Shown piece by piece: positions 37,462-50,172 of a DNA stretch of 64,000 bases. The notes under the pieces are model-generated. The model was not told where the DNA came from. It searched no databases and was given only the letters and a program-made list of their open reading frames with translations. The translations under genes and the position numbers were made by a program. Position 1 is the stretch's first letter. Each line of letters opens with the position of its first letter. Source of the stretch: Zootoca vivipara (Eukaryota). The stretch spans positions 33,790,001 through 33,854,000 of the forward strand of contig NC_083288.1 of NCBI RefSeq assembly GCF_963506605.1. Reading direction: 5' to 3'.

Positions 37462-39691
37462 GAGTTTGTTCGGAGCGTGACTGGCCTGTGGTGTCTTTGG
37501 GAGCACAAGAAGCAGCGTGGGAGATGAGAACCAGAGTCAGGAAAAGCATTGCTGTCCTTCCTACGTCCCACGTGGTCACTGGGGGCGTCACCCAACCTTT
37601 GCCCTTTGGCTTCAGGCAGTGGGGCCAAATGTGTCTTGGCCTCCCTTTGTGGATTGTGGCCCTCTTCCCAGGCCATAACCCATATCTGCAGGCTGTGCCC
37701 CTTGGTGAACCTGCTCTGTGGTCTCTCCAAGTGTTTTTGCCTGCCCTGAATATGCCTCTTGCATACCTGGATGGAGAGATGTGCACTGACTGGGACTGGG
37801 AGCCAGGTGGCGCCCAGATTGTTGTCCTTGAGTTGAAAAAGTTTCCCACCCTGGCAGAGCCCTGAGAATGAGTGATTGTAGCTGCCAGGAGTCCCACTGC
37901 TAGGAGAAGCGAACGATAGACAGTTTCAAGGCCCAGTCCATCACACCAGCACCTGTCCCTATCGGGTATTTGTCCACAACTGCACCTTTTTTAATTAAAG
38001 AGGAAAAAAAAGCAGATGAGACTGCTTCACACCGGGTGTTGAGGGGAAGCACAAGGAAGGGAAGATGAATTTCTCTGTGAGGTCATTAAGTGTATTGTCA
38101 AAGGACTTTGTCCTCAAAACCAAACTCCTCAGTTGAATGGGGTCTCGAGGAGAGAGACAGAGATGCTTCTTACTGAAGCGGAGCTGATTTATTAACTCCA
38201 TGCGGTGGTTAGCAAAGCCCACTCCTGCCAAGGGTGTTGGTAATTCTTTGCCAGTCCATATGGGACTGCCTGGCACTGCAATTTTGCTCAAGGTAAGAAA
38301 AATGATCACAGACCATGTCTTGTTTTTTAAAAAGGGGGAAATGACAACAGGGAGTTGTAATCCAGCGGCAGTGGGACAGGCCACAGGCTGGCTTTTGGCT
38401 ACAGTCTGGAGCGACATGCTATCAAAAGTGGGCAAGATTCCTGTGCTAACAGGGCCTAAGAGACAAAAGCAGGCAAGATTCCTGTGCTAGCCAAGCCTAG
38501 AGACAATCCGTTGCAGATTTCAGCAGTTATAATGTCTCTAATTTCTTGTGATGGGGTTTTTTTTTTAGTTCCATGTAAGCCTGGCTGGATGTCTGTATTA
38601 AGCCCTTGGCTCAGCTTCCGAAGCTAAAGCATTTATTTCTCCTTATCTTGTCGGGCCTCAGCTAAATCACCTTCAGTACTTAAGGACAGAAGCTGCAAAG
38701 TGTTGCGTTGCCTCCACTCTGGGTGGACTGAATTCCCTCACTGTGGCTTGTATCTTTTGCCCTCTGCCCATTTGTAGGGCCCCCTTTGGCAGGTGACCCA
38801 GTCTTTTTTAATTAAAGTTAATAAATTCCTCAGGGAGACCTCCTAAGACCTCTCAGTCCTGAGGGGAATGCCCAGGTCAGCCATTTTTGGACCATGTCCC
38901 AGCTAACCTTGTGCTTGTGTGTTAAACTAAATAAAAACATTCTTCCCATCTGACATGCTGAGTTTCCAGGCAGAAACGCAGAATGGTGCCACCCCACCCC
39001 ACGGGGGAATTGTAGGTGGGAGTTAATGTGGTTTGTCAGCGGCTGGATTCTGTAGGAGCAGAACTTCTCAGGCCTCTTAAGGCTCAACCTTTTGCAGAAA
39101 CAAGACGCTGGAAACGCTTGAATTTCACCCTAAACCATTGGCCATCCCAGCCTTCCCTGACCTGGTGTCCTCCAGATGCTTTGAACTACAAATCCCATCA
39201 TCGGGAGCTCCAAAGTAGAGGTGCTGCCACACAGAAAGATGATGGAATTGCAGAACAGTAGAGTTGGAAGGAACCAAAAGTGCCATCTAGTCCAACCCCC
39301 TGCAATGGAGGAATCGCAGCTAAGGACCGATGGATTGCTAGTGTGGAATAAACATGTGGTAGCAGTAAAACGGCCAGTTCCACAAACTGAAGTGGTCAAG
39401 TGGTTGATCCTTCAAATAATGGGTACCCTCCAAATGAAACTGCCTCTGATGGGATAAAGCAGTTGACTGCCTTGGAGTGCTGAAGTTTAATAAGTGACTT
39501 CTCAGCGGTTTTTCTACCCTACTAAGCTGCTCCCCCTCCGCCTGCCCCCACTAACCTGCTGAGGCAGCACCTTGTCAGCTGGGTCTTGCACTTTTTCACT
39601 ACTTCACCCCTCCCGCCAGGGTTTCCTGCTGGCCCCAAAGGCTGTGGGATAGGCAACAGGTGTTACACTGCCCTCGGACAGAGCTGGCGGC

Positions 39692-42600
39692 ATGCGGACC
39701 TGCGGGCCTCGCTTGCTGCACCGTAGGCTGGCTGCCCTCTGGACTCCCCAAGCGGCTTCTCCGAAATCTACATCTCCCCAGCCAGCCCCCCAAGCTGCTG
39801 CAAAGGACCCCATGCCTGCCCATCTTTCCCTGGACTTGGACGATGGGAAGGTATTCCACCTGAAGAGCAACTGGGAGATCACTCGGGGGCTGCTGGTGTT
39901 CCGGCTCTGCTCCTCCCCATGGCTGGTTCGGAAAGCACCCACGGTGAGACCGGGGGGGGGGGGGGGGCTTGGATCTTGAACCGCTGCAGGCCACCCACCT
40001 GCTCAACAAATTCATTTCCAATCACCACCTGTAGCTTAAGGGGTGCCCCACAGTGCTCTGTTGTGGCTGGGGAGAGTGGGGTAGCTTAAGGGTCTTTGGG
40101 TGAAGCCATGCAATGGGTCTGAACTATATTCAAAAAGGAGTCTTGTTTCACCTTGTCTGCGACAAATTGTTGCAGCGGGAAGCGCTGCTGTTCCAGAGTC
40201 CAGTCACTCAATTCCCTTCCCATTTCTGCTGGTTCTTGCCCATCCCCACTCCTCCAGGAACAGTCAACATTTCAATAGGTGCTGAAGATTCGTAGCCCTC
40301 ATTTGTGAGTATCTGCCCCTTCCCATAGGATCCCCTTCCCCAAAATATTTGTTGAACTTCTGCAAGCCTTGCGGGACTCCCCGGCCTGATGATACCGCCC
40401 TCTTGTGTGTTGATGGGGCATTTTGGCTCCAGAAGCACCAACACACACAAAACCAACATCGAAAAATTATAGGGAACAAGCAGAAACGGCAACAAATTGG
40501 TGCAGCATGCAGCAATCCTCAAGATTCCCAGCTGCTCCATTCCACCACCTCCCCAGCATTCCAGTTTTGACTGAGCACCCTCAACCTCAGAGAGATGCTT
40601 TTGGTGGGGTGTCATTCCCATTTCAGTTTCCTCCCCCCTAAAGTTTCTTGAGGTACAGGTACTTCTGCAAACTGTGATTCCCCCAAGGCTACTGATACAT
40701 CTCTCCTGTGCAAGGCTGCTGCTGTTTTGGCTATGTGAGCAACGGCGCTCAGAATCTGAACATTGGAAACGGAGGGAATGATTGTGCCATAAAGTTTCGA
40801 TTCCACTTAACACCCCAAATGGATCCTTAATTGGCAGGTGCACCCATTCCTTGAATGCCTCTGCCGTGCAGTATTTGTTAGCCTTTCGGACTCGACGTCG
40901 ATGTCTATGTAGAAGTTGTTCCATAAACCTTTTATTTCCCTCCACCAGGTCCTTTCCGTCTCCCGGCGCGTTCTGGGCCACCGACTCTGGACCTCTGTGC
41001 TCCGTCTTACGCTGTATGGACAGTTTGTTGCTGGCGAAACCCACACAGAGGTCAAGGAAACACTGCGACGGCTCCAGAACTTGGGGATCCGTCCTCTCCT
41101 TGCCGTCCCCATAGAGGAAGATGTGGGGCAGGCAAAGGAAGGGTGAGTGATGGATGAGAAAAGTGGGGAGGTCAGGATTTGGACAGCCAAAGAGAAGGGT
41201 GTGCCTTGATACTATGAGAAGAAGCATGGGCAGGCCTAGCAAACAAGTCCTCTGACAGGGATTTAAAGGCAAGGCACGTGATTTAGCTAAAACTGGTGAG
41301 AGGCAGAGGACGGGGCTGGTGGATTTAATTCAGCTTCCCACTTAGTCCTCTGTACTCCACTCACATATGATTCAAGCTTAGCTCCGGACGGATTCATATC
41401 AGCACTGGATTTAAGGTGGTTCGGGCGGCTCCCTCTCACGGGGCCCCAAGCCGAGGGGGTGCAACATTGAGAAGATCCATAATCGAGAGGATCCATTTGG
41501 GGTGCCAAATTTTGGCCTTCTGTGGGTTAAACCACAGAGCCTAGGGCTTGCTGATCAGAAGGTCGGCAGTTCGAATCCCCCGCAACAGGTTGCTCAGTCC
41601 CAGCTCCTGCCAACCTAGCAGTTCGAAAGCACGCCAAAGTGCAAGTAGATAAATAGGTACTGCTACAATGGGAAGGTAAATGACAGCTTTGTTATGCTGG
41701 CCACATGACCTGGAAGCTGTACGCCGGCTCCCTCGGCCAATAAAGCGAGATGAGCGCTGTAACCCCAGAATTGGTCACGACTGGACCTAATGGTCAGGGG
41801 TCCCTTTATCTTTACCTTACAAAAGATTACCAAAGTCTGCCCTTGCTTTGTCTTTTACCTCTGTGAGCGTGTCACACTTTCTTGGCGGATAAATGAGCTA
41901 GCTAGCACTCTGCAGGGTAAGGGATAACAATAATTTAATAATTTTATTGGATACTCCTAAAAGATACGGAAATTTTGAGTCTAGAGGGTTGGGACAAAAT
42001 ATTCAGGTGGCATGGCTACCTGATATATGGGAAAGTCTGAGAAATGATAAAAATGCAGTAAAACATCCAACATAAAAAAACCCCTCCCTATACCAAGGCT
42101 GCCTTCTAAGTCAGATACAGTATTTGTTTATTTCCTTGAAACGTTCCACAGGGCGGGTGCCGCTACCAAGAAGGCCCTGTACCTGGTTCCTTGTAACCTC
42201 ATAGTGAAGGAACTGCCAGAAGGTGCTTGGGGCTGGATCCACTCACACCATAGCCCTATGGGGAGAGGTGCTCAAGCGCTCAAATGTCAAGTGAGGAAGC
42301 AACGATTCACACATCCTTATCTGCTGCACGAAGCTGTCTTCATAACCTGATTTCTTCCCTCTGGTTTATGCTCAGGAAGTGGTTATCCAGAGTTAGGTGC
42401 TAAGGGTAGCGATGCGTACTTTCACACACAGCACATTGCAGCCGCTGCCAATGCAAGATATAAATCATTCACCCTTTCATCTAACACTTGTGAAATCACC
42501 TCTTGCTGAAAATGGCAAGAAACCCCAAAACAGCCCACTTTGAAATGCAATCTCAGAGTTTAAGAAAAGCACTGCTGGATGAGGGCCGTGCAGCCCAGAT

Positions 42601-44676
42601 TCCTGCTTCTCACAGTAGCCAGCGCAATGCTGTCAGGCATAAAGCCTTCTCTGGCAATTCTCTGTGATATACTGCCCCTGAGTCTGGAGGTTCTATTTAG
42701 CTGACATGATTAAGAGCCGCTCATAGACTTATCCTCCGCGAATGTGTCTGCTTTGTAAGAGCGCTTCCAGATGGAGGATTAATTTACAAATGGCTTGTTG
42801 GCAACAGCTTCTAAAAAAACTTATTGCGGAAAGAGTAAATCCAGATTAAATGGCGGGGGTGGGGAGTGCAGGCTGGCCTTTTGGTCCTAACAGTGTTGTG
42901 TGGACACTGGGGAAAAACAAAAACCAAAACCAAAAGACCTTTCATGTGTGGAGAAGCTGCCCACAATAAACACTCCCATCTGGTCACAGTCTTCCTCATT
43001 ATGGTGAGATGCATTGTGTTCTTAATTTAATTATAGGAACCATTTCTAAAGGTGCATCACTTATACCTATAAATTAGCCTATGCAAATTATGCATATCTG
43101 TGTCCTCTTTTGGTGTGATTCGTAAGTGGCTTCCCTGACTGGAAGAACTGCCATGGAAGGAAAATCTTACCTCTGCTGCTTTGATATTAATATTTGCATT
43201 ATTTGCATATTGATTTTGTTACACTGCCTCTTTTGTTGTTGTTGTTGTGGCTTTAATATGCCTTGTAAACTAGGGTTGCCCTTTTTCAAAAAGTGAAAAT
43301 CCCAGGTGTATGTCTGCCCTATGTCAACCAACCTGGGACCAATATTATGAATAGACTGCCTTAAAATAAATATGGAGGGTTGTAGCCAACTTAGCTTCAC
43401 TCAGAGTAGACGCACTGAAATGAATGGGTGTGATGGCTCCATTAAGTTCAAAGGGATTACTCTGAGTAAAAGGTAGGCTATAATAATACATTCTTAAATT
43501 AAATAGTTCATCGTGCCAGCCTCAATGTTGAAAGGAAGAGTAGATAATAACCTGGGCAGCAGGGGGCTATGAGATGAGAGGGCTAACAACAGCAGCTATA
43601 TTTATACAGGTACCTACTGAGAAGATCCATTTAAAGAGCAGCAGTACCAAAAGGAATTATTGTGAATATAATAAATATTTGTCCTTGCTCAGGGCGCCAT
43701 ATTACTAAAGTCCTCCCCCGACCTGAAACTCTCTCCCTTCACATCTCTCACCTGTCAAAACTGCTGGTTGTGGAGATTACATCACTTAGGCATAGGGTTT
43801 CCAGACTCAATAGAGGACAGGACTTCTGTGCCTTTAATTGCCCTGCTCTCTTTTGAGTCTGGAAACCTTAAAGAGAAACCAGCAGACCCTTTGCTTGGAA
43901 ATTAAACAAAGGGTCTGCTAGTTTCTCTTTAAGGTTTCCAGACTCAAAAGAGAGCAGGGCAATTAAAGGCACAGAAGTCCTGTCCTCTATTGAGTCTTGG
44001 CAACCCTACTTAGGCACCTAAAGATATCAGGGCTGCCATACGTCCAGATTTTACTGGGCATTACTGGGATTTCAAAGCCAGAGTTGACATCCATTGGGGG
44101 GGGGATTCCGAAAGGTGGCACTTTGTCCTGGATCTTAGGCAAGTCAATTGAAAAACCACGTTCAACATTTTTGGATGTTTCCTTAAAAAACAACAACTGA
44201 ACAATTTTGGTGGTTCCCTGCTTTTTACTTTTTGAAATATGGTGACTCTAGATACACATTTAGGAAAAAAATCCTTAGCGGAAGAACCAACGGCTGATCC
44301 CCCTTTGTGACAATATCAAACGAGGTCACTATCCAGATCTACTTCAGGCTTGAAGTGAAACATGCTTGACTGGGAAAGAAAGCAGGTGCAAAGAGAGACA
44401 TGGCCACCTTTGAACTAGCCAAACAACAGATTAATTTTGTGTGATATACTAGAGTACGTTGAAGCCAAGGCTGTGTACATACCAAACACTTAAAGCACCT
44501 TTAAAGCACATTCCTCCACCTGCACTCGCATTGGCGAGAACTATAGTTTTTTTTTAAAGGGAGGCAGGGATTGTAGTTCTATGGGAGGTAGACTACATCT
44601 TTAAATGCATGGCATGTGTTCAGTCCCCCTGCTGAGTTAGGCTGGCCTTGAAACAGTCTCTATAATGATTTGCGGG

Positions 44677-44720
<44 letters not shown>

Positions 44721-47700
44721 AGATTTAATGTTTTTCATTGTTACAACACATCAACACACACATGATATAATGACAATTAAGAAACAAACGAAAAAGAAAA
44801 CACAAAACATTTAACACAAAACGTATAACCATAAATCCGTTTTGCACACAGACTTACGTTACCCTACTTTATATTTCCCATTCTTATTCTTTTCTAGTAG
44901 ACTTCCTACCTCCTCAAAGCGGGTCTATTTTCCTGTTTGTTAAACGGTTTCTTTCTCATTTCATCATTTGAATATTTTGAAACAGCAAAACTGACGGATA
45001 CAATTAGGGGACTGTCTAACCAAAGGTTCCAAAAAGAGTGGGGAGTGTATAGAGATTACTTTAAAAAAACAGCATCCTCAAATCAAAATCTGGACTTGCT
45101 TTGAGTAATTTTCGCAAACCATAATATGGTCTATAAGTACAGTAGATGGAGAAGGGTAGAAATGATTGTTAGCCACCTTAAAGTACGTGACTTCTCCCAA
45201 AGAATCCTGGGAATTGTGGGTTTGTTAAGAGCTGTGGGTTGGGAACGGTAGCTCTGCAGCTTGACCTGGAGATGTCAGAATTTGAACCTGGGACCTTCTG
45301 CAAGCAAGGCTCTGCCGCTAAGCTAGAGTCCCTTATGGTGTGAGAAAAGGGGGCTATAACCTTTGGCCCCCACCATGCTGCTGCTGATCAGCAACAACTA
45401 TTTCTTTAACACAAATCATCTACCCAACATTGAAGAATTTATCAAATGGACACATCTCATTTGGCCCTTTACTTCTCTTTGGGGAAACTGGCGACAAAAG
45501 CTTCAAAGGGATGACCGAACACCAGGACAGAGTGAAAGTGAAAGGTGGGGGGGGGCAGATTGCAAGGGAAACTAGGAGTTTGAAAGTGTTGCTCTTGACG
45601 GATGTTGCCTGCTGAGTGTTTTCAAGCGAAGTGGTAGTACAAGAAGGAGATTCCACACTGACTTTGGGATAGCTCAGTCAGTAGAGCATGAGACTCTTAA
45701 TCTCAGAGTTGTGGGTTCGATTCCCACGTTGGGCAAAAGATTCCTGCATTGCAGGGGTTGGACTAGATGACTCTCATGGCCCTTTCCAACTCTACAATCC
45801 TATGATTCTATCTGCTTTGCCCCAACCAGGGAAGACTGGTATGACAAGAATGCCCAATCTATGCTTACCTGCCTGGATCTGTCTGCGGTTGGTGCCGTCA
45901 ATCCCATGATGCAACTGAAGGTGACAGCGCTGATGGCAGCTGCGCTCTGCGTGAGTATTGTGGGATGGCAGAGGGATTGTCGGGGCTTCGGGGGCAGCAA
46001 ACTCTGAGCGGATGTTTAAGTTACATTTATGTACCACTTTATACTGAAACTTTATACTAGTTTAAGTTACATTTATGTACCACTTTATACTGAAAAGAAA
46101 AATCTGAATAGGTATACGCCATAGAATTATAAAACATAGCAGGCAAAGTAATTGGGCAGTGTGGGGAGTGTCGTGCAATTACCCTCTTGGGCATGATGTC
46201 TTAAAACTATTTGCTTGCTTTTCTTCCCAGCCCCCTCTCCTCCAGGATTCTACCATCTCAGTAATCCACCCCTTATTTTTGATGCATAGGACCTCATTCT
46301 GGCCCAATTCTTGTGAAGGGAAGGGAGCTATCCTGCTTTTATTTTGGATTACTTTCCCCTGCTCCCTTTGCAGAAGACCATCGCCCTGCGTTTGCAAGAG
46401 CAGGAGACGAAGTCGGACCTGAGCATCGAGAGAGTGGTGACTGCCATGAAAGGGGAGGTGAGGAGCCTTTTTGCCACTGCCTTCCAGGTGGATTACGTTT
46501 GCTCCAAAGAGAGCTAAAAGTTTATTTGACCTGTGCATTCTCTCCCACTATTCTCCTGCCCGCACAGGAGCTGAACTTTGGCTGCCTGACCCAGGAAGAG
46601 AACCACCATTTCAAGAAATCGTTGAGGCGGCTCAATTCCGTAGCGCAGGTACTCTAAGGGGAGGACGTAAGTAGGGGAGCCCAGCCCTTGCTATGGTGAG
46701 CAAACCTGTACATTTTGTTCTGGTTCTCATCTTCTCAACCTCTTTCCCTCTCCGTCTGCAGTATGCTGTGGGAAAAGGAGTCCGTGTCCTGGTGGATGCA
46801 GAATACACCTACATTAACCCCGCCCTGACGCTTGTCACCATGGCAATGATGGCTGTCTGGAACACCCAAAATCCATGGATCTGGAACACATACCAGGCAT
46901 ACCTCAAGGTGAGTTCCTCCCCCAGAAACAATCCTCCTTCTGTCCACCTTACTTCCTGGAAGTAAGGGAGGTCTGCTCTCACCTTGACAACTCAGTGGTC
47001 TTGAATGACTCCTTTGTGCTTTCCTGTTCTGCTATGGTCTTTGGCCAACTTGTCTCCCTCCAGGACACCTTGGAGCGGTTGAAACAGGATGTCGCCCTCA
47101 CCGAGCGCTTGGGTGTCTGTTTCGGGATGAAGTTGGTCCGGGGGGCTTACCTGGAGAAGGAGCGGAAACTGGCAAAGGAAAAAGGATACCCTGATCCTGT
47201 GCAGCCCAGTTGGGAGGCTACCAACGAAAGGTGAGGAAGACTCTACCCTGTTCCACTACTCTCCGGGTCATTACTATGAGGCATGGGAAGAGAAGCTTCC
47301 TATGGTGTCTTCCTTCCATCGTGTGACCTAGGACGGTCCTTTGTGTGGCAGAACCGTCTGTTTGAAGGGCTGCCTGGTCCAAATCTGGTTTAAAGATAAA
47401 GAACCATAAGAAGGGAGCTCAGCAGTGGCCTTGAAATTGCCTATCACTAATTACCACATGTGGATAGCAATCTGAGGTCACTGGGCTGCATGCCCACCAT
47501 CTATTGAAAGGATATTTGAAGCACAGGGCTTGCCCCAAAGAATCCTGGGAACTGTGCGTTGTTAAAGTTCCTGGGAATTGTAGTTCTGCAAGGAGGTAAA
47601 TCTACAATTCCCAGGATTCTTTGTGGGGAGATGTGTGTTTTAAATGTGTGGTGTGTATGCAGCTGTTATTCTCACTTGGGTTAGACGCATTGCATTTTTC

Positions 47701-49469
47701 TGTTATCAGTTATAGTGGTTTTTCAATGCCTATCTTACCTTCCAAGTCCCGGACTGCAGAATCCGGGACCGGCAGCCGTGTGACACCGTAAGTTGCGTCG
47801 ACGTAACTTCCGGTGTCGCTTTGCCCTTCTATGGGCACCAAAAATGGCCACCGCCGGCTTCAAAAGTAGCTTCTACGCATGACCGGAAGTGCGTCAACGC
47901 AACTTCCGGTGTCGGCCTGCCCATCTATGGGCACAAAAAATAGCCGCCGCCGACACCGGAAGTCACGGCTACGCACTTCCGGTCATGCGTAGATGCGACT
48001 TTTGAAGCCGGTGGCGGCCATTTTTGGTGCCCATAGAAGGGCAAATCAGAAAAAAAATGGCCGCCGGCAGGAGAAAATAACAGAGAAAAACGGGAGACGA
48101 AGTGATACGGGGGACCACCGGGAACAGGTAAGTAAAAACGGGGGTTTCCCGGGGAAAACGGTGTACTTGGCAGCTATGATGCCTATCCATCCATATAAAC
48201 CAACCTATACAAATTTGATGCACGGTGGCACCTCTCTCATTTTTTGCCCCCTCTGCTTCATTCTGTTGCCCTCTTCCTTTCTCCTGTGATCCAGTTACCA
48301 GCGCTGTTTGGATTTTGGTTTGGATCAAGTGTCCCGAGCCAGGGGAAGGTTTGAGATGATCGTGGCCACACACAACGAGGCGTCCGTGATGCACACTGTT
48401 CAAAGGTAGGGGGACCACCACAGAGGGGAAGTTAGTGGGGTTGTCTTTCTACGTAACAAGCACCAGCTGGCATGTCCACCAGTTCTGATGGTTTGGAGAT
48501 ATGGGTACTCTCTGAAAGTGGGAGCCACGGGTGGGGGGGGAATAGCCTTGGGAAACTGGCCACCTTTTATCTGGAAAGGAGCCTCTCCACACCACAACAC
48601 AACACACATACACAATGGTATGTGTAAGCACTGTTCTCTCCATGCTTCAGGGTGGAATTGTGCTGGCTTTGTGACATCAGCAACCAATACTCCAATCCCT
48701 ATCCACCTCTCAGATCTATTTGCATGAAAGCAAGCTATAAGGAAAGTGGCATACTACTATCATGACATGCCTGGGAGCAAAATATTGGTTTGTCGGCATA
48801 TAGAGGTAAAGAAAAATCAGCACACATCGTCTGGGCAGACAGCTGGCAGCACATGCATCCCTTCGAAAGGATTATCCAGGACATTGGAAACCTGAGACAA
48901 TAGCAGCAAAAGAAGCCCCATTCACATTATGCAAAACAAGTACACGACACACACAGCCACAATTGGTTAATGTAGAAATAATACCTCCATTGTTTCTTAC
49001 AGTAACCCCATAAAGCTGATCCCCATACCTACATAAGGGACCACCTCTCCTGGTATGCCCCGCGGAGGCCTTAAGGTCCACAGACAACAATATCCTGGAG
49101 ATCCTGAGCCATAAGGTGGCTAGATTGGCCTCAACTAGAGCCAGGGCCTTTTCAGTATTGGCCCCAAGTTGGTGGAACGCTCTTTCACAGGAGACCAGGG
49201 CCCTGCGGGATTTGTCATCTTTCCGCAGGGCCTGCAAGACAGAGCTGTTCCGCCTGGCCTTTGGGTTGGATTCAATCTGACCCCTGTGTTTTCCTCCCTC
49301 ATGGTTTGGATTTATGGACTACTTAAAATGAGGCTGCATTTTAAATTTTAATATTGTATTTTAATCTGTATTTTAATTGTTTTCTTTTCTTTTATGTCTT
49401 ATTGTAATTTTATTGGTGTTATCCGCCCTGAGCCCGGTTTTGACTGGGGAGGGCGGGGTATAAATAAAA

Positions 49470-49516
<47 letters not shown>

Positions 49517-50062
49517 CCCCATATTGCAGATGAGGGATTGAAGGTGAGGTTTAGCGGCAAGCGGCTCGCCTAAAAAACCAGCCAGCGTCTTTGTAGCTTT
49601 ATAGCTTATGCTGTTCACTGCTATGATACTCTCATAACTTCTCCCCAACCTGTCACTGAAATGTGCTTGTTTTATTTCTTTTAAGGATGGCAGAGATGGG
49701 CATTGACAAGGGTGCTGGACCGGTCAGCTTTGGGCAGCTGCTGGGCATGTGTGATCAGGTTTCCTTGGCGCTAGGTGAGTGTGGACCCGCCCCCCCCATG
49801 GATGCTCCCCAAACCCCCAGCCACTTCCCTTCCTCCTGCGTATCGTTACCTCCTTTCTCTCTCTCTTTTTTAAATCTCATGCCCAAATCTAGGCCAGGCC
49901 GGTTATGCCATCTACAAATCTATCCCTTTTGGCTCTGTGGAAGAAGTGATCCCCTACTTGATCCGCCGAGCTCATGAGAACCAAAGCGTCTTACTTGGGA
50001 TCCGGAAGGAGCGAGATCTGCTGCAATTGGAGCTTCGGAAACGGGTTCTGAGGCGGCCTTGA
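39692..50062 (+). CDS. PRODH2: Hydroxyproline dehydrogenase (proline dehydrogenase 2), 10 exons, 471 aa
   Basis: Exons: 39692-39943, 40949-41142, 45830-45950, 46374-46457, 46568-46648, 46762-46908, 47064-47230, 48295-48405, 49686-49774, 49893-50062 (1416 nt). Motifs: [75 protein letters not shown]. The Ser in YKSIP marks PRODH2; PRODH has Tyr there (YKYVP). The N-terminus is Arg-rich like a mitochondrial presequence. Confidence 0.95.
41519..41819 (+). mobile_element. Sauria-type SINE
   Basis: Reverse-complement homologue of the 16348 copy; B-box GTTCGAATCC; tail CCTTTATCTTTACCTT. Confidence 0.85.
43793..44008. mobile_element. Fully palindromic hAT MITE (216 bp)
   Basis: TAGGGTTTCCAGACTC...GAGTCTTGGCAACCCTA; the two ~100-bp arms are near-perfect reverse complements; 8-bp TSD CTTAGGCA. 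Confidence 0.9.
44677..44718. repeat. (TG)n microsatellite (others at about 6263-6300 and 17465-17494)
   Basis: Read directly from the sequence. Confidence 0.95.
45664..45810 (+). mobile_element. tRNA-Lys(CTT)-derived SINE with CR1-type 3' tail
   Basis: The head TAGCTCAGTCAGTAGAGCATGAGACTCTTAATCTCAG...GGTTCGA...CCCACGTTGGGC is tRNA-Lys-like. The tail GGGTTGGACTAGATGAC...TTCCAACTCTAC...TATGATTCTA matches the CR1 3' end seen at about 7020-7076. Confidence 0.85.
47734..48178. mobile_element. CpG-rich hAT MITE in PRODH2 intron 7
   Basis: Imperfect TIRs CTTACCTTCCAAGT / ACTTGGCAGCTATG, 8-bp TSD ATGCCTAT, and internal repeated and inverted units. Confidence 0.85.
49028..49514 (+). mobile_element. 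L2-type LINE 3' fragment with (TTA)n tail
   Basis: Encodes ...[22 protein letters not shown]...[14 protein letters not shown], typical of the L2 ORF2 end. Has a (TTA)n tail and TSD ATCCCCATA. Confidence 0.8.
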
Positions 50063-50172
50063 GGAAATCTAAATATCCCAAAGAACTACCCCACCTCCCA
50101 ATGCTTATTCATGGAACCAGGGCCCTGCATTGCAATGTCTCCAGCTCACTTCCCTCACGATCTTCATGAGGG

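Noticed and set aside
45664-45735. Functional tRNA-Lys(CTT) gene
   Set aside because: The 5' acceptor strand does not pair, there is no T-run terminator, and it runs straight into a CR1-type tail. It is a SINE head.
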